Position numbers and translations under genes: made by a program. Positions 18,890 through 27,810 of a stretch of 64,000 nucleotides of DNA are shown here, in pieces; positions within the stretch are counted from its first letter, which is position 1, and every line of letters begins with the position of its first letter. The notes beneath the pieces were generated by a model. That model was not told the origin of the DNA, made no database searches, and was given only the letters and a program-made list of their open reading frames with translations. Location: positions 7,340 to 71,339 of the IMG/VR virus record IMGVR_UViG_3300025868_000003; one strand, given 5' to 3'. Source of the stretch: a virus. Taxonomy: Duplodnaviria; Caudoviricetes.

Positions 18890-20718
18890 TAGTATCGCCC
18901 ATGATATCCATCACCGAACTCATTACCTATAAGGAATGGGGTTATAGGGTCTGTACTATGTACATCAGATTCTTGCCCCAGAGCTGCCGCATCCTTTAGG
19001 CTATTTTCTAATTTAGAGAAAGATAACCTAGAGATCCAGTTCTTATCTAACAACTTAGCAGTTTGTAGACCGGGGACCACCGGAGTTATCCTCAGTCTAC
19101 TACCTGTAGTTTTAACCGACTTAACACCTTGGCGATGTAGTTCATCTATGTGATTATCATCCAAGGTAGTACCAGGTGTTAATTCAAATTGGCTACGTGA
19201 TAGCATCTTACCCTTAGCTTGATGTAGGGGGGTGTCCACTTCATCCTGTTGTAGATGCTTAGATATGGAGTTAATAGTAACCTTATCTCCTGGGGTAAAT
19301 CCGGTTTCTCCAGGGCTGTCTACCTGTACGTACTTAACTAGATTACGGGAAATTAACTCGAAGTGTCTAGGATCTAAGCCGCCACCATATATATTCCTTA
19401 GCTCTTCTGCCAAGTATTTACGTCCAGCTCCTATGCCTCTCAAGGAAACTAGTTTCCTAGGGTTAATAACCCCCGTAGATATTGCATATCCCCTCTTTAC
19501 CGCATTCCCTTTCTTTATGGTCAACTGCTGTATTCTAGGAACAAAGTGTTTAACTCCATCTATGAATACGTGATGGTCCTTTAGAGGCGTCAGTATTATA
19601 TCATTAACCTTACCATTGACCTCTGAGATAGTAGCTTCATCCTTGAAGTTCTCTTTAGGGTTGTTAAGAATGTTAGAGGCTTGATCATATATATTACCAC
19701 GACGTTCTCCAACAGTAGCCTTATGTTTAGTTGATAACATAGCTTGTGTAAGAACCTCTGATACTGATTGTGCGGCTATAATACCTACGTTTTCACCTAT
19801 CTCAGGGTTTTTCCCACTACCCATTAGTCCATAACATTTCTTACATACACCCTCGTTAGCCTCACATGTCAATGCGCTGCGGACCACTACCGTAGGGGAG
19901 CGGGACATAGTAAGGTGCTTATAGTACTCCTCGTCTATTACGTGGTTAGTACCGGCTTCGTACCTTCCTAATACAGACTTTTTGTCAGATACCTTTTGGG
20001 TGATACCATTCTTAGTTCCACAGTCATCTACTGTAATAGTCTCATGGAAGACTGTAGGACTTAGGCGTTTAAATAGAGCTCCAGGTAGAGCAGTCGATAG
20101 CTGGGATAGAACCGTAGAACCGCGTCCCATGTAACTCATGGCTAGGTGTTCGGCTGGGGACATACCACTAGCAAAGGAGCTCTTAATTACTAGGGGTATT
20201 AACTCCCCCTTAACGTTTAATGACATAAGTGGAGTAGAGGTACCCGAAGCTAACTGAGCGGGATTACCACGAGCCCCAGTTCTAGCCATCTTAGCAGCGG
20301 TAGACCCCCTACCAGAAAGGTAGTCTAGGTTCTGTTTTTCTATTCGCTTGTTATAGTCGGAAGTTAAACTGCCTAAGCCATCGTTCTTATGGGACTTACT
20401 TCCTGGCCCATGGATTATTTTATTAGCCTTAGTTTCGTATTCCTTAAGGATAGCTGAGCGCTCATCACTTTCATTTATGTAGTCTGATAGGGGGGTAGAG
20501 GCACCTATTTCAGTAGCCTTATTAAAGAACATCTGTCCTAATGTATTTATATGTTCATGGGACTTACTACCACCATGCCTTATAAGCATATTTACCATCC
20601 TAGACATACCCCCCTTATCTAAAGGGGTGTGTATGTCAAATTCCTGTTTAGCCTTTTCGGTAGGCATGGAGTGCTTAATTATAAGGGAGCCAACGGTGGT
20701 TAGTTTAGTATCAGTCAT
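18889..20718 (-). CDS. rpoC: RNA polymerase beta' subunit, C-terminal part
   Basis: TTVG start, GARGN..QL, bridge helix (STALPGALFKRL), DDCGT, VRSALTCEANEGVCKKCYG Zn site, trigger loop AAQSVSEVLTQAMLSTKH, RHFELISR. Confidence 0.93.
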   Translation of the reverse strand: MTDTKLTTVGSLIIKHSMPTEKAKQEFDIHTPLDKGGMSRMVNMLIRHGGSKSHEHINTLGQMFFNKATEIGASTPLSDYINESDERSAILKEYETKANKIIHGPGSKSHKNDGLGSLTSDYNKRIEKQNLDYLSGRGSTAAKMARTGARGNPAQLASGTSTPLMSLNVKGELIPLVIKSSFASGMSPAEHLAMSYMGRGSTVLSQLSTALPGALFKRLSPTVFHETITVDDCGTKNGITQKVSDKKSVLGRYEAGTNHVIDEEYYKHLTMSRSPTVVVRSALTCEANEGVCKKCYGLMGSGKNPEIGENVGIIAAQSVSEVLTQAMLSTKHKATVGERRGNIYDQASNILNNPKENFKDEATISEVNGKVNDIILTPLKDHHVFIDGVKHFVPRIQQLTIKKGNAVKRGYAISTGVINPRKLVSLRGIGAGRKYLAEELRNIYGGGLDPRHFELISRNLVKYVQVDSPGETGFTPGDKVTINSISKHLQQDEVDTPLHQAKGKMLSRSQFELTPGTTLDDNHIDELHRQGVKSVKTTGSRLRITPVVPGLQTAKLLDKNWISRLSFSKLENSLKDAAALGQESDVHSTDPITPFLIGNEFGDGYHGRY

Positions 20719-20801
20719 AGCAGTATTTTAGCTTACCACTATAAATTCCACAAATGCTATTTTTAGGGTATAAGACGGTATACAAGATTTTAATGGAGAA
20801 C

Positions 20802-21035
20802 ATGATGAATGACCAGGTAAGTAATTTAGAACCACATCAACTAAGGGTGGTGCATGAGTTGGAAGAGGTTAAGACCAAGTGGATAGCATTAAATAGTTTT
20901 TTACATACTGAAACTTTCAAATCCCTAGACGTAATAGAGAAATGTTTACTAGTAAGACAGTCAGACATAATGGAAGAATACTGTAGTATCTTAGGACGTA
21001 GGATACAATTATTTACCAGTAAATTGACGGGATAA
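20802..21035 (+). CDS. Small helical phage protein
   Basis: GGAGA ribosome-binding site before ATG 20802; HQLRVVHELEE...Y..IL.RRI pattern. Confidence 0.65.
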   Translation: MMNDQVSNLEPHQLRVVHELEEVKTKWIALNSFLHTETFKSLDVIEKCLLVRQSDIMEEYCSILGRRIQLFTSKLTG

Positions 21036-21038
21036 AGT

Positions 21039-21773
21039 ATGGTTAACTTAGATAAAACGTGGATATGCTCGGATCTCCATTTAAATCACGGGAATATAAT
21101 CAAGTATTGTAATAGACCTTTCAAGTCTGTTAATGATATGAATGAAGAGATAATAAACAGGCATAACTCGGTAGTAGATCCCACTGATACAGTATTCATA
21201 CTCGGAGATTTGGGATGGCCAGATCCCTCTGAGTACGTTAAGAAACTGAATGGAAATAAGATCCTTATCAGAGGGAATCATGATAGTGAAAAGGTAGTAT
21301 CCTCCTTACTGAGGAATAATACTATCATAGGGCCGGTACATGACTATTTTGAGTTGACCCTGAAGGAATACGGGATACTACCGATAGTAATGTGTCACTA
21401 CCCTATAGAGTCCTGGAATCGTAAATACCATGGCGCTATACACTTACATGGTCATACCCACGGTACCTTGGATAACTCAGGATTGATGAGGTTTGACATG
21501 GGTATAGACTGTAACGATTATTATCCATTCAAATTAAAAGATGTACTACGCATGGCTGAAGAGAGGTTAACTGAGCTAGGTGGGAAAGAGGGTATACGAG
21601 GCAACCTGGGAGATAAGGAGACTTATGGGCTGAAAGAGCAGGTACGTCCCATAGCCAGAGACTCTAAAATGCAGGAGTTATATAAATTAGCAGAAGAGGA
21701 TGTAGACAAGTTTCTAGAGGAACATCGTATTTACAAAGAGTTCTACGAATCAAGACAAGTCAATATACCATGA
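21039..21773 (+). CDS. Phage metallophosphoesterase
   Basis: SDLHLNH, ILGD, GNHD, CHYP, HLHGHTH. Confidence 0.9.
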   Translation: MVNLDKTWICSDLHLNHGNIIKYCNRPFKSVNDMNEEIINRHNSVVDPTDTVFILGDLGWPDPSEYVKKLNGNKILIRGNHDSEKVVSSLLRNNTIIGPVHDYFELTLKEYGILPIVMCHYPIESWNRKYHGAIHLHGHTHGTLDNSGLMRFDMGIDCNDYYPFKLKDVLRMAEERLTELGGKEGIRGNLGDKETYGLKEQVRPIARDSKMQELYKLAEEDVDKFLEEHRIYKEFYESRQVNIP

Positions 21774-22127
21774 GCAATCGGTTTTGTGTGGATTCTCGGC
21801 TTCGCATAGTTTATAGTTATTTCCCCATACCGGACTTAATGGAGTCAGGTATATCTTCTGTTCAAAACCGAGTTCTAGAAGCAGTTTTTTCAGGTACGGA
21901 ACTAGCCTACTGAAGTTCCCCCTGCCCCTGCTTAAACTTTTACTGTATAGGTGGGCGTTACCTCTAAACTCCCCTATAGAGTTTAGTATCACACAACCTC
22001 CAGATATAGAGATATCTATTGGTACATCATTAATCCATCCTGTGCCAGGCAGTAATTCTTCATTTTTAAATTGAATACTGCTACCAGAATACTTGGCTAG
22101 ACTTTTTAGGAATTCGGATTCAGTCAT
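21750..22127 (-). CDS. Hypothetical protein, possible GNAT-like fold
   Basis: RGRGNFSRL resembles an acetyl-CoA-binding loop; weak evidence. Confidence 0.4.
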   Translation of the reverse strand: MTESEFLKSLAKYSGSSIQFKNEELLPGTGWINDVPIDISISGGCVILNSIGEFRGNAHLYSKSLSRGRGNFSRLVPYLKKLLLELGFEQKIYLTPLSPVWGNNYKLCEAENPHKTDCSWYIDLS

Positions 22128-22163
22128 TACTATAATTTAGACGAAATTAAGGAGTTATATAGT

Positions 22164-23546
22164 ATGAGCATATTAGACGTAGTGAAAGTACGTGAAGAGA
22201 AAATTTATCCTCCCTTAACTATTGTACCTAGTCTACGGGAAGTATTACATCCCATTAAAGGTAATGTACATGAAGCCACTAGTTACGAGGAGTTTAGCAT
22301 CTGGATGTCAGGAATTAACCGTATAATTAGTAGACAATACTACGAGTTAAAAGACATATGCACCAGGATATCTAGACTAGTATCAGGCTCTAAGATGTTA
22401 CAGGGAGATTTCCAGGTAATGGAAGTAGATAGTCAATATATGGACTTATTTAATTTAAAAATGGTGATGTTTGGATTAAGGGTATCTATCGCCATCAATC
22501 CGGCGGAGGCTACGGAACATATTAGTAATGCTATATCTACCTCTACTAAAGAACAAATTAATACTGTATTTAATCCAACGGGGTTTATCACCAGTAAAAA
22601 AGTGCAGCCCCAGATCAATAATACCCTGTTATACGAAGGTGATTTCTACATACCATTAGTAGATAGTTCTACAAATACTAATGTAGGGTGTGTTCGTATT
22701 AAGGCATACTCAGGCAGATGTATTGTCCCCTATACATCACCGGGAACTATGCTTAGTCCGGAGTCTATATACGGGGGGGGTGCTATAATAGAGGCCCTGA
22801 CGTCCTCATGTATCCCTGTTAAATACGATAAACCCTCTGGGCTACCGTACATTACAGTAGAGGGGTATACAGATATCTCTGATGGAGTAGAGACTATTAA
22901 GAAAACCTTCTTGTCACCGTGGGGACTTAATGATCTAAACGGGGTTCTAGTAACGTCCATACCTAGAACAGTAGCACCTAGTAGTGTCTTAAGGTACCCC
23001 GGGACTACTAATACTATTATAATGATAGTTAAATCATTAAAGTGTTTTACTAAAGAGGAGGGGCTGGATGCGCTATCCTCACTATGCCCTATAAGGAATC
23101 CTTTAGCCCCAGTAATTATGCAAGTTATCAGGGATGGAACTGAAGCAGACTTTAATACTTCAAATTATGCTGCTATAAATAGGTCGGCCATGAGGATGTT
23201 GGCACCGGTTATAGCTAGCATTAAATTAGTTTTCCCTGAGCCAAATTCAACCGAGTTTAAACCAGAGTACTTACCAAAGGGGATTACAAAGAAAGATACT
23301 AAGGATTTCATAGCCAAGTTTCTAACTACTAAGTGCCACGGTATTCCAATAAGAATACTTATAGAGTCGGGGTCCGATGATAAGGTTATAGAAGCCTCTG
23401 AGAAATACTTTGAAGAATTCTTGCTTAATGGAGAAAAGCCTAAGACACCTAAGACGCCTAAGAGAAACATTTCATCAGTTAAGCTTAATCCAGTAAACTT
23501 TTCGGTGGATGGTACTTCAGGACTTCAGGCAACTCGTCAAGTGTAA
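22164..23546 (+). CDS. Hypothetical protein, probably truncated by an 8-bp duplication (restored end 23671)
   Basis: AAGGAG ribosome-binding site; ACTTCAGG duplicated at 23514-23529. Confidence 0.7.
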   Translation: MSILDVVKVREEKIYPPLTIVPSLREVLHPIKGNVHEATSYEEFSIWMSGINRIISRQYYELKDICTRISRLVSGSKMLQGDFQVMEVDSQYMDLFNLKMVMFGLRVSIAINPAEATEHISNAISTSTKEQINTVFNPTGFITSKKVQPQINNTLLYEGDFYIPLVDSSTNTNVGCVRIKAYSGRCIVPYTSPGTMLSPESIYGGGAIIEALTSSCIPVKYDKPSGLPYITVEGYTDISDGVETIKKTFLSPWGLNDLNGVLVTSIPRTVAPSSVLRYPGTTNTIIMIVKSLKCFTKEEGLDALSSLCPIRNPLAPVIMQVIRDGTEADFNTSNYAAINRSAMRMLAPVIASIKLVFPEPNSTEFKPEYLPKGITKKDTKDFIAKFLTTKCHGIPIRILIESGSDDKVIEASEKYFEEFLLNGEKPKTPKTPKRNISSVKLNPVNFSVDGTSGLQATRQV

Positions 23547-23703
23547 CATATGAAGTATCGTCTATTGATCTATCGGCCTCCGCCAGAGCTATCACAGATA
23601 ATGGTGACAGACATAGTACGTATACTATGAACATATCTAACGTCTTTGAGGAGCCTATTAGTATAGCATAACCTGTACTTATGACCAGCGTATCTGCATA
23701 ATT

Positions 23704-23735
23704 AAAACGGGCGCTTTCATAGGCCTGTTTTTTAG
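23704..23735 (+). terminator. Intrinsic terminator
   Basis: AAAACGGGC-loop-GCCTGTTTTTT. Confidence 0.6.
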
Positions 23736-23766
23736 CCTAATCTAGGCTAATGTGGTAAAATAGGAT

Positions 23767-24468
23767 ATGTCCAATTCTACTCAATCTATTCTTTTCACTA
23801 GGCAGCGCCATGACGCTGAACGGGCTGGATTACACTATGACTATAGAATTGTAGTGGGGGATAAAGCTTACTCGTGGGCCACTAAGAGAGAACTTCCAGA
23901 ACCTGGTAAGGCCATAATTCTATGGGAACAACCGGTCCACACCGCAGACTATGCCCTCAGTCAAAGGGTTGAGATTCCTAGTGGCCAATATGGGGCGGGA
24001 ACTACTACCCTTGATTGGATTAAAAAGGGAACTGCAAAGTTCAATGAAGACAAGATTACGGTAGAAACTAAAGGTAGTAAGTTTCTAATCAAGAAAATGC
24101 CCGAACATTATGGGAAGGGTGCGTGGTTATTTAAGAGGGTGGATAGTGTGAGTGAGAATAAGTATTTGGAGAAGATTTCATCTGATCTATCCATCGCATC
24201 TAAGTCTCATGCTGAGGAGACTAAGGCCATACACGATTACACCGAGCTCCTTAAGGATGCTAAATCTCCAGAGCTAAAAAAGGCTATTGAACACGCCCGT
24301 AAGGAGGAGGGGGATCATGCCTCTGATTTCAAGAAGGTTATGAGCAAAGAGGCCGAACTACGAGAAGAGTTAAGGCTGAAGCCTAAACTAAGGGGTAATA
24401 GGTATCTTAAGAAGGCTAAGGCTATTAAGCCTCATAATAATAAAAGTATTATTACTCATAATAAATGA
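23767..24468 (+). CDS. LigD-type 3'-phosphoesterase fused through an NKYLEKIS motif to a half-ferritin-like domain
   Basis: QRHDAERAGLHYDYRI, YSWA, HTADY, IPSGQYGAG (LigD PE motifs); ENKYLEKIS; EETKAIHDY...EEGDH. Confidence 0.85.
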   Translation: MSNSTQSILFTRQRHDAERAGLHYDYRIVVGDKAYSWATKRELPEPGKAIILWEQPVHTADYALSQRVEIPSGQYGAGTTTLDWIKKGTAKFNEDKITVETKGSKFLIKKMPEHYGKGAWLFKRVDSVSENKYLEKISSDLSIASKSHAEETKAIHDYTELLKDAKSPELKKAIEHARKEEGDHASDFKKVMSKEAELREELRLKPKLRGNRYLKKAKAIKPHNNKSIITHNK

Positions 24469-24504
24469 GCATGAGTTTTCCTGATCCAGTGTTAAAATAT
24501 AGTT

Positions 24505-25386
24505 ATGAACTATATTAAAAAACAATTAGACTCTTTATCAGAAGCAGATTTTAAGGACTCATATCTGGTTACGCTGGTGGATGGCAGACAACATACATAC
24601 CTAGGTCAGGATGAGATCCAAATAGTATACCCTGGGTGGAAGGACGGATGGAGGACACTTAAGGTAGCTGAAGTATCCAAATACTTGGAAATGCCTTACA
24701 TGAAATCCAGGTTATACATGCCTCTCCCCAGCCCTAAGGAGTTACCAGAGCAGAAATACTTTATAGACCCTTATCTGTTAGGGGTATTAATAGGGGATGG
24801 CGGTTTAGGATATGGGAGAATGACTATTACTTCTGCTGATGAAGATTTAATACAAAACTGTAATTCCCGCATTCACTTCGGGTTCGAGGTGGTAAAACTT
24901 AGTAGTAAGTACGGGTACGGGTTACGTAGAAATAAAGTAACAGGGTCTAAGGGTAAGCATAATGCTTATACGGATGAAATCAGACGACTAGGTTTAAATG
25001 TTAATTCTGAACTTAAGTTTATACCTGAGAACTACTTAGTTGGATCAATAGAACAGCGTTCATGGTTAATGAAAGGACTTATGGATACCGATGGTACCAT
25101 AGACCTCCAAGGAACTAGCTCTTATTGCTCGACTAGCTATAGGCTAGCATGTGATGTAGTTGAGTTAGCCAGATCCCTCGGACATATAGCATTTATAAGC
25201 GAAAGACACCCATCCTTTACATACCTGGGGGTAAAGAAAAAAGGTAAGACGGCATATCAGGTTAATCTACGGGTTAGAAATCCAAGAAGCCTGTTTAGTA
25301 TATCAAGAAAACTAAGTAGATCCCCGGATAAAAATCAATACTCCGATACTTTAAAATTGCGTATAGAAGACATACAGAGATTATGA
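24505..25386 (+). mobile_element. Free-standing intein-type LAGLIDADG homing endonuclease
   Basis: PYLLGVLIGDG, LMKGLMDTDG, STSYRLACDVVELARSLG; no intein splice-junction residues. Confidence 0.85.
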
Positions 25387-26840
25387 ATAAGTACCTAGTC
25401 AAAATAGCGGGGTCTAAGTCTACACAAACTACTCTAAAACCTCATCAGGAGCGCTCTTTGAGAAAACTGGAGTTAGAAGGAGGTGTCCTACTAGACCACG
25501 GCACAGGTACGGGTAAAACTAAGACCTTTCTTGCAGCCATAGAGCGTGCGCAGAAGAGAGATAAGAAGAACTATGCATTGGCAATAGTTCCAGCCTCTCT
25601 AGTATCCAATATAAATAAAGAGATAAAAAAGCATGGTATGGATATAGATACTAAGCGCCTGCTGGTAACTACCTATAATAAAGCTGTTAATGATGTCGAC
25701 GAATTATCTAATAAGCACTTTTCCATAGCCGTGGCTGATGAGGCCCAGGCTTTGAGAAACCCAACTACCAAACGCCATAAAGCCCTTAGTAAACTTATAA
25801 CAGGGGCTGATCAGCGCCTGCTAGCTACTGCTACCCCTAGGTACAATCATGCTGGTGATCAGGGGCCATTAGTTAATATCGTCGCAGGTAAAAAGGTACT
25901 ACCAGAAGGTAAAGACGCTTTTGAAAAAGAGTTCGTAGTTCGTAAAACAGAACACCCTAATATTCTTAGACGTGTACTCATGGGTGCTACCCCTAAAGAG
26001 ACGGTTGAAATAAAGAATAGCAAGTATCTGGATAAAGTCCTGAATAAATACACCGATCACTACGATGTTAAAAATGATCCTGAACTTCAAAAGCACTTCC
26101 CCACCACTTCGGAGAAGGTGATTGAAGTAGAGATGTCTCCTGAACAGCGTACACTTTACAAGTTTATGGAAGGTAAGCTCCCCTGGGCTATGAAAATGAA
26201 GGTACGTATGGGTATGCCACTAGACAAGCGTGAGAGCCGTGAGTTAAATGCGTTCTCTTCTGGTGTACGTCAGGTATCTAACTCTACTAAACCGCTCCTA
26301 ACCAACTCGTCTCATGTTACTCCTAAAACTATACAGGCAGTAGACAACCTGCATAAAGCCATAAAATCGGATAAGAATTTTAGAGGAGTGGTATACTCTA
26401 ATTTCTTAGAATCTGGGTTACGAGATTACTCTGAAGAACTGACTAAACGTAATATTTCACATGCTATATTCCATGGAGGATTAAGTGCGAAGCAGAAGGA
26501 TGAAATTAAGGATGCATATAATGGCGGCAAGATCAAGGCGATGCTCGTTTCTAGCTCTGGAGCGGAAGGCTTAGACTTAAAAGGTACTAAACTCATGCAG
26601 ATACTTGAGCCTCATTTTAATCAGTCAAAAATAGATCAGGTAGTAGGTAGGGCGGCTAGATATGAATCTCATACTCATCTACCAAAAAGTGAGCGCCATG
26701 TAAACATAGAGCATTACCACTCCATACTACCTAAGGGGTTTATGGGAAATAGGCCGCATAGTATTGATCAATATCTCTATCATAACTCTCAGACTAAAGA
26801 CGACCTTAATGAGAAGATAAAAGCATTGCTCCATGACTAG
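25383..26840 (+). CDS. SNF2-like SF2 helicase/translocase with NKYLVKIA leader
   Basis: HGTGTGKT, DEAQ, ATATP, SGAEGLDL, QVVGRAAR; starts MNKYLVKIA. Confidence 0.88.
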   Translation: MNKYLVKIAGSKSTQTTLKPHQERSLRKLELEGGVLLDHGTGTGKTKTFLAAIERAQKRDKKNYALAIVPASLVSNINKEIKKHGMDIDTKRLLVTTYNKAVNDVDELSNKHFSIAVADEAQALRNPTTKRHKALSKLITGADQRLLATATPRYNHAGDQGPLVNIVAGKKVLPEGKDAFEKEFVVRKTEHPNILRRVLMGATPKETVEIKNSKYLDKVLNKYTDHYDVKNDPELQKHFPTTSEKVIEVEMSPEQRTLYKFMEGKLPWAMKMKVRMGMPLDKRESRELNAFSSGVRQVSNSTKPLLTNSSHVTPKTIQAVDNLHKAIKSDKNFRGVVYSNFLESGLRDYSEELTKRNISHAIFHGGLSAKQKDEIKDAYNGGKIKAMLVSSSGAEGLDLKGTKLMQILEPHFNQSKIDQVVGRAARYESHTHLPKSERHVNIEHYHSILPKGFMGNRPHSIDQYLYHNSQTKDDLNEKIKALLHD

Positions 26841-26853
26841 TCATAAATAGTTA

Positions 26854-26878
26854 ATTAATTACCCTCTATTTGGTATAA
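26854..26878 (+). promoter_or_regulatory. ATTAA-N12-TGGTATAA promoter
   Basis: Exact consensus match upstream of 26922. Confidence 0.65.
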
Positions 26879-26921
26879 GTATCTTGTAAGGATATCCCTT
26901 ACATAACCAAAGGAGACAATC

Positions 26922-27200
26922 ATGAAACAAATCATCCCGGTAGTACTCGTGGCATTGTTTTCAGCAAATTCCTTTGCTGACTCCGGTACTGATGCATTGC
27001 GTGCTCAGAAGGAACGGGATTCCATATATTCCAGCAATAGTGGTTCTTATTGCTATCGTGCAAACCAACGTGCCAATGCCGCCGAGAACTACATGTATCA
27101 AGACATCAATCGCCAACAGCAGCAGCGTGTTGAGCGTGACCATGAAATCCTCCGTGATGAACAGTTGCGCCAATCGGTACGTCGCCAGAACGGCTGGTAA
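26922..27200 (+). CDS. Small exported protein
   Basis: Signal peptide MKQIIPVVLVALFSANSFA; AAGGAG ribosome-binding site. Confidence 0.75.
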   Translation: MKQIIPVVLVALFSANSFADSGTDALRAQKERDSIYSSNSGSYCYRANQRANAAENYMYQDINRQQQQRVERDHEILRDEQLRQSVRRQNGW

Positions 27201-27265
27201 CTACTAAACTATAGGGGTGTGAAACTACATCCCTCAGTTTAACTTACACACAACAGGAAAACGTC

Positions 27266-27751
27266 ATGTCAAACAAAAACCAAACCTCAATGCCCCACCT
27301 ATCTCCAAGTAACATAATGGAGCTGCTGGGCGAAGAAACCGTTGAAAGAATATCCTCGATAGTTGATGATTGGGTGAAAGCAAATTCAACTAAAGAGCCT
27401 ACAGAAGAACAGTTGGCCGCCATCAGAGACATGAACGTGGATGGGGAATACCGAATGCGTCTACTCACTATTCTGGACTCCATGTTTGCGGGCATGACTG
27501 CCACTAATTGGGACCCTGATGCCTGCAAAGGTATCATGAGTATGGTGATGAATGGTTCACTGGAAGCCATACGTGACCATGCTAGAAAGCTGGAAAAGTT
27601 TGAGATGGAGTCCAGGGGCATCGACTTGGATAGCTTTGCCAAGAAAAGAGCTGAGGTGGAAGAAGAGATAAAGGGATTAGTGGCCAAGGTCACTGAGGAA
27701 AGTGATATAAATACACCTTCACCAGCTTCAACCAACCACATCGTCCATTAG
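27266..27751 (+). CDS. Hypothetical acidic protein
   Basis: AGGA ribosome-binding site; followed by a terminator hairpin at about 27765-27793. Confidence 0.7.
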   Translation: MSNKNQTSMPHLSPSNIMELLGEETVERISSIVDDWVKANSTKEPTEEQLAAIRDMNVDGEYRMRLLTILDSMFAGMTATNWDPDACKGIMSMVMNGSLEAIRDHARKLEKFEMESRGIDLDSFAKKRAEVEEEIKGLVAKVTEESDINTPSPASTNHIVH

Positions 27752-27810
27752 TAGTAACTACAACAACACCCCGGACATCAGGGTGTTTTTTTAATTAAGA
27801 CAGGATAACG

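Noticed and set aside
24420-24468. IITHN at the end of the PE protein as an intein C-terminus
   Set aside because: It lies upstream of the endonuclease, which is the wrong order, and is followed by Lys-stop in an AT-rich low-complexity stretch.
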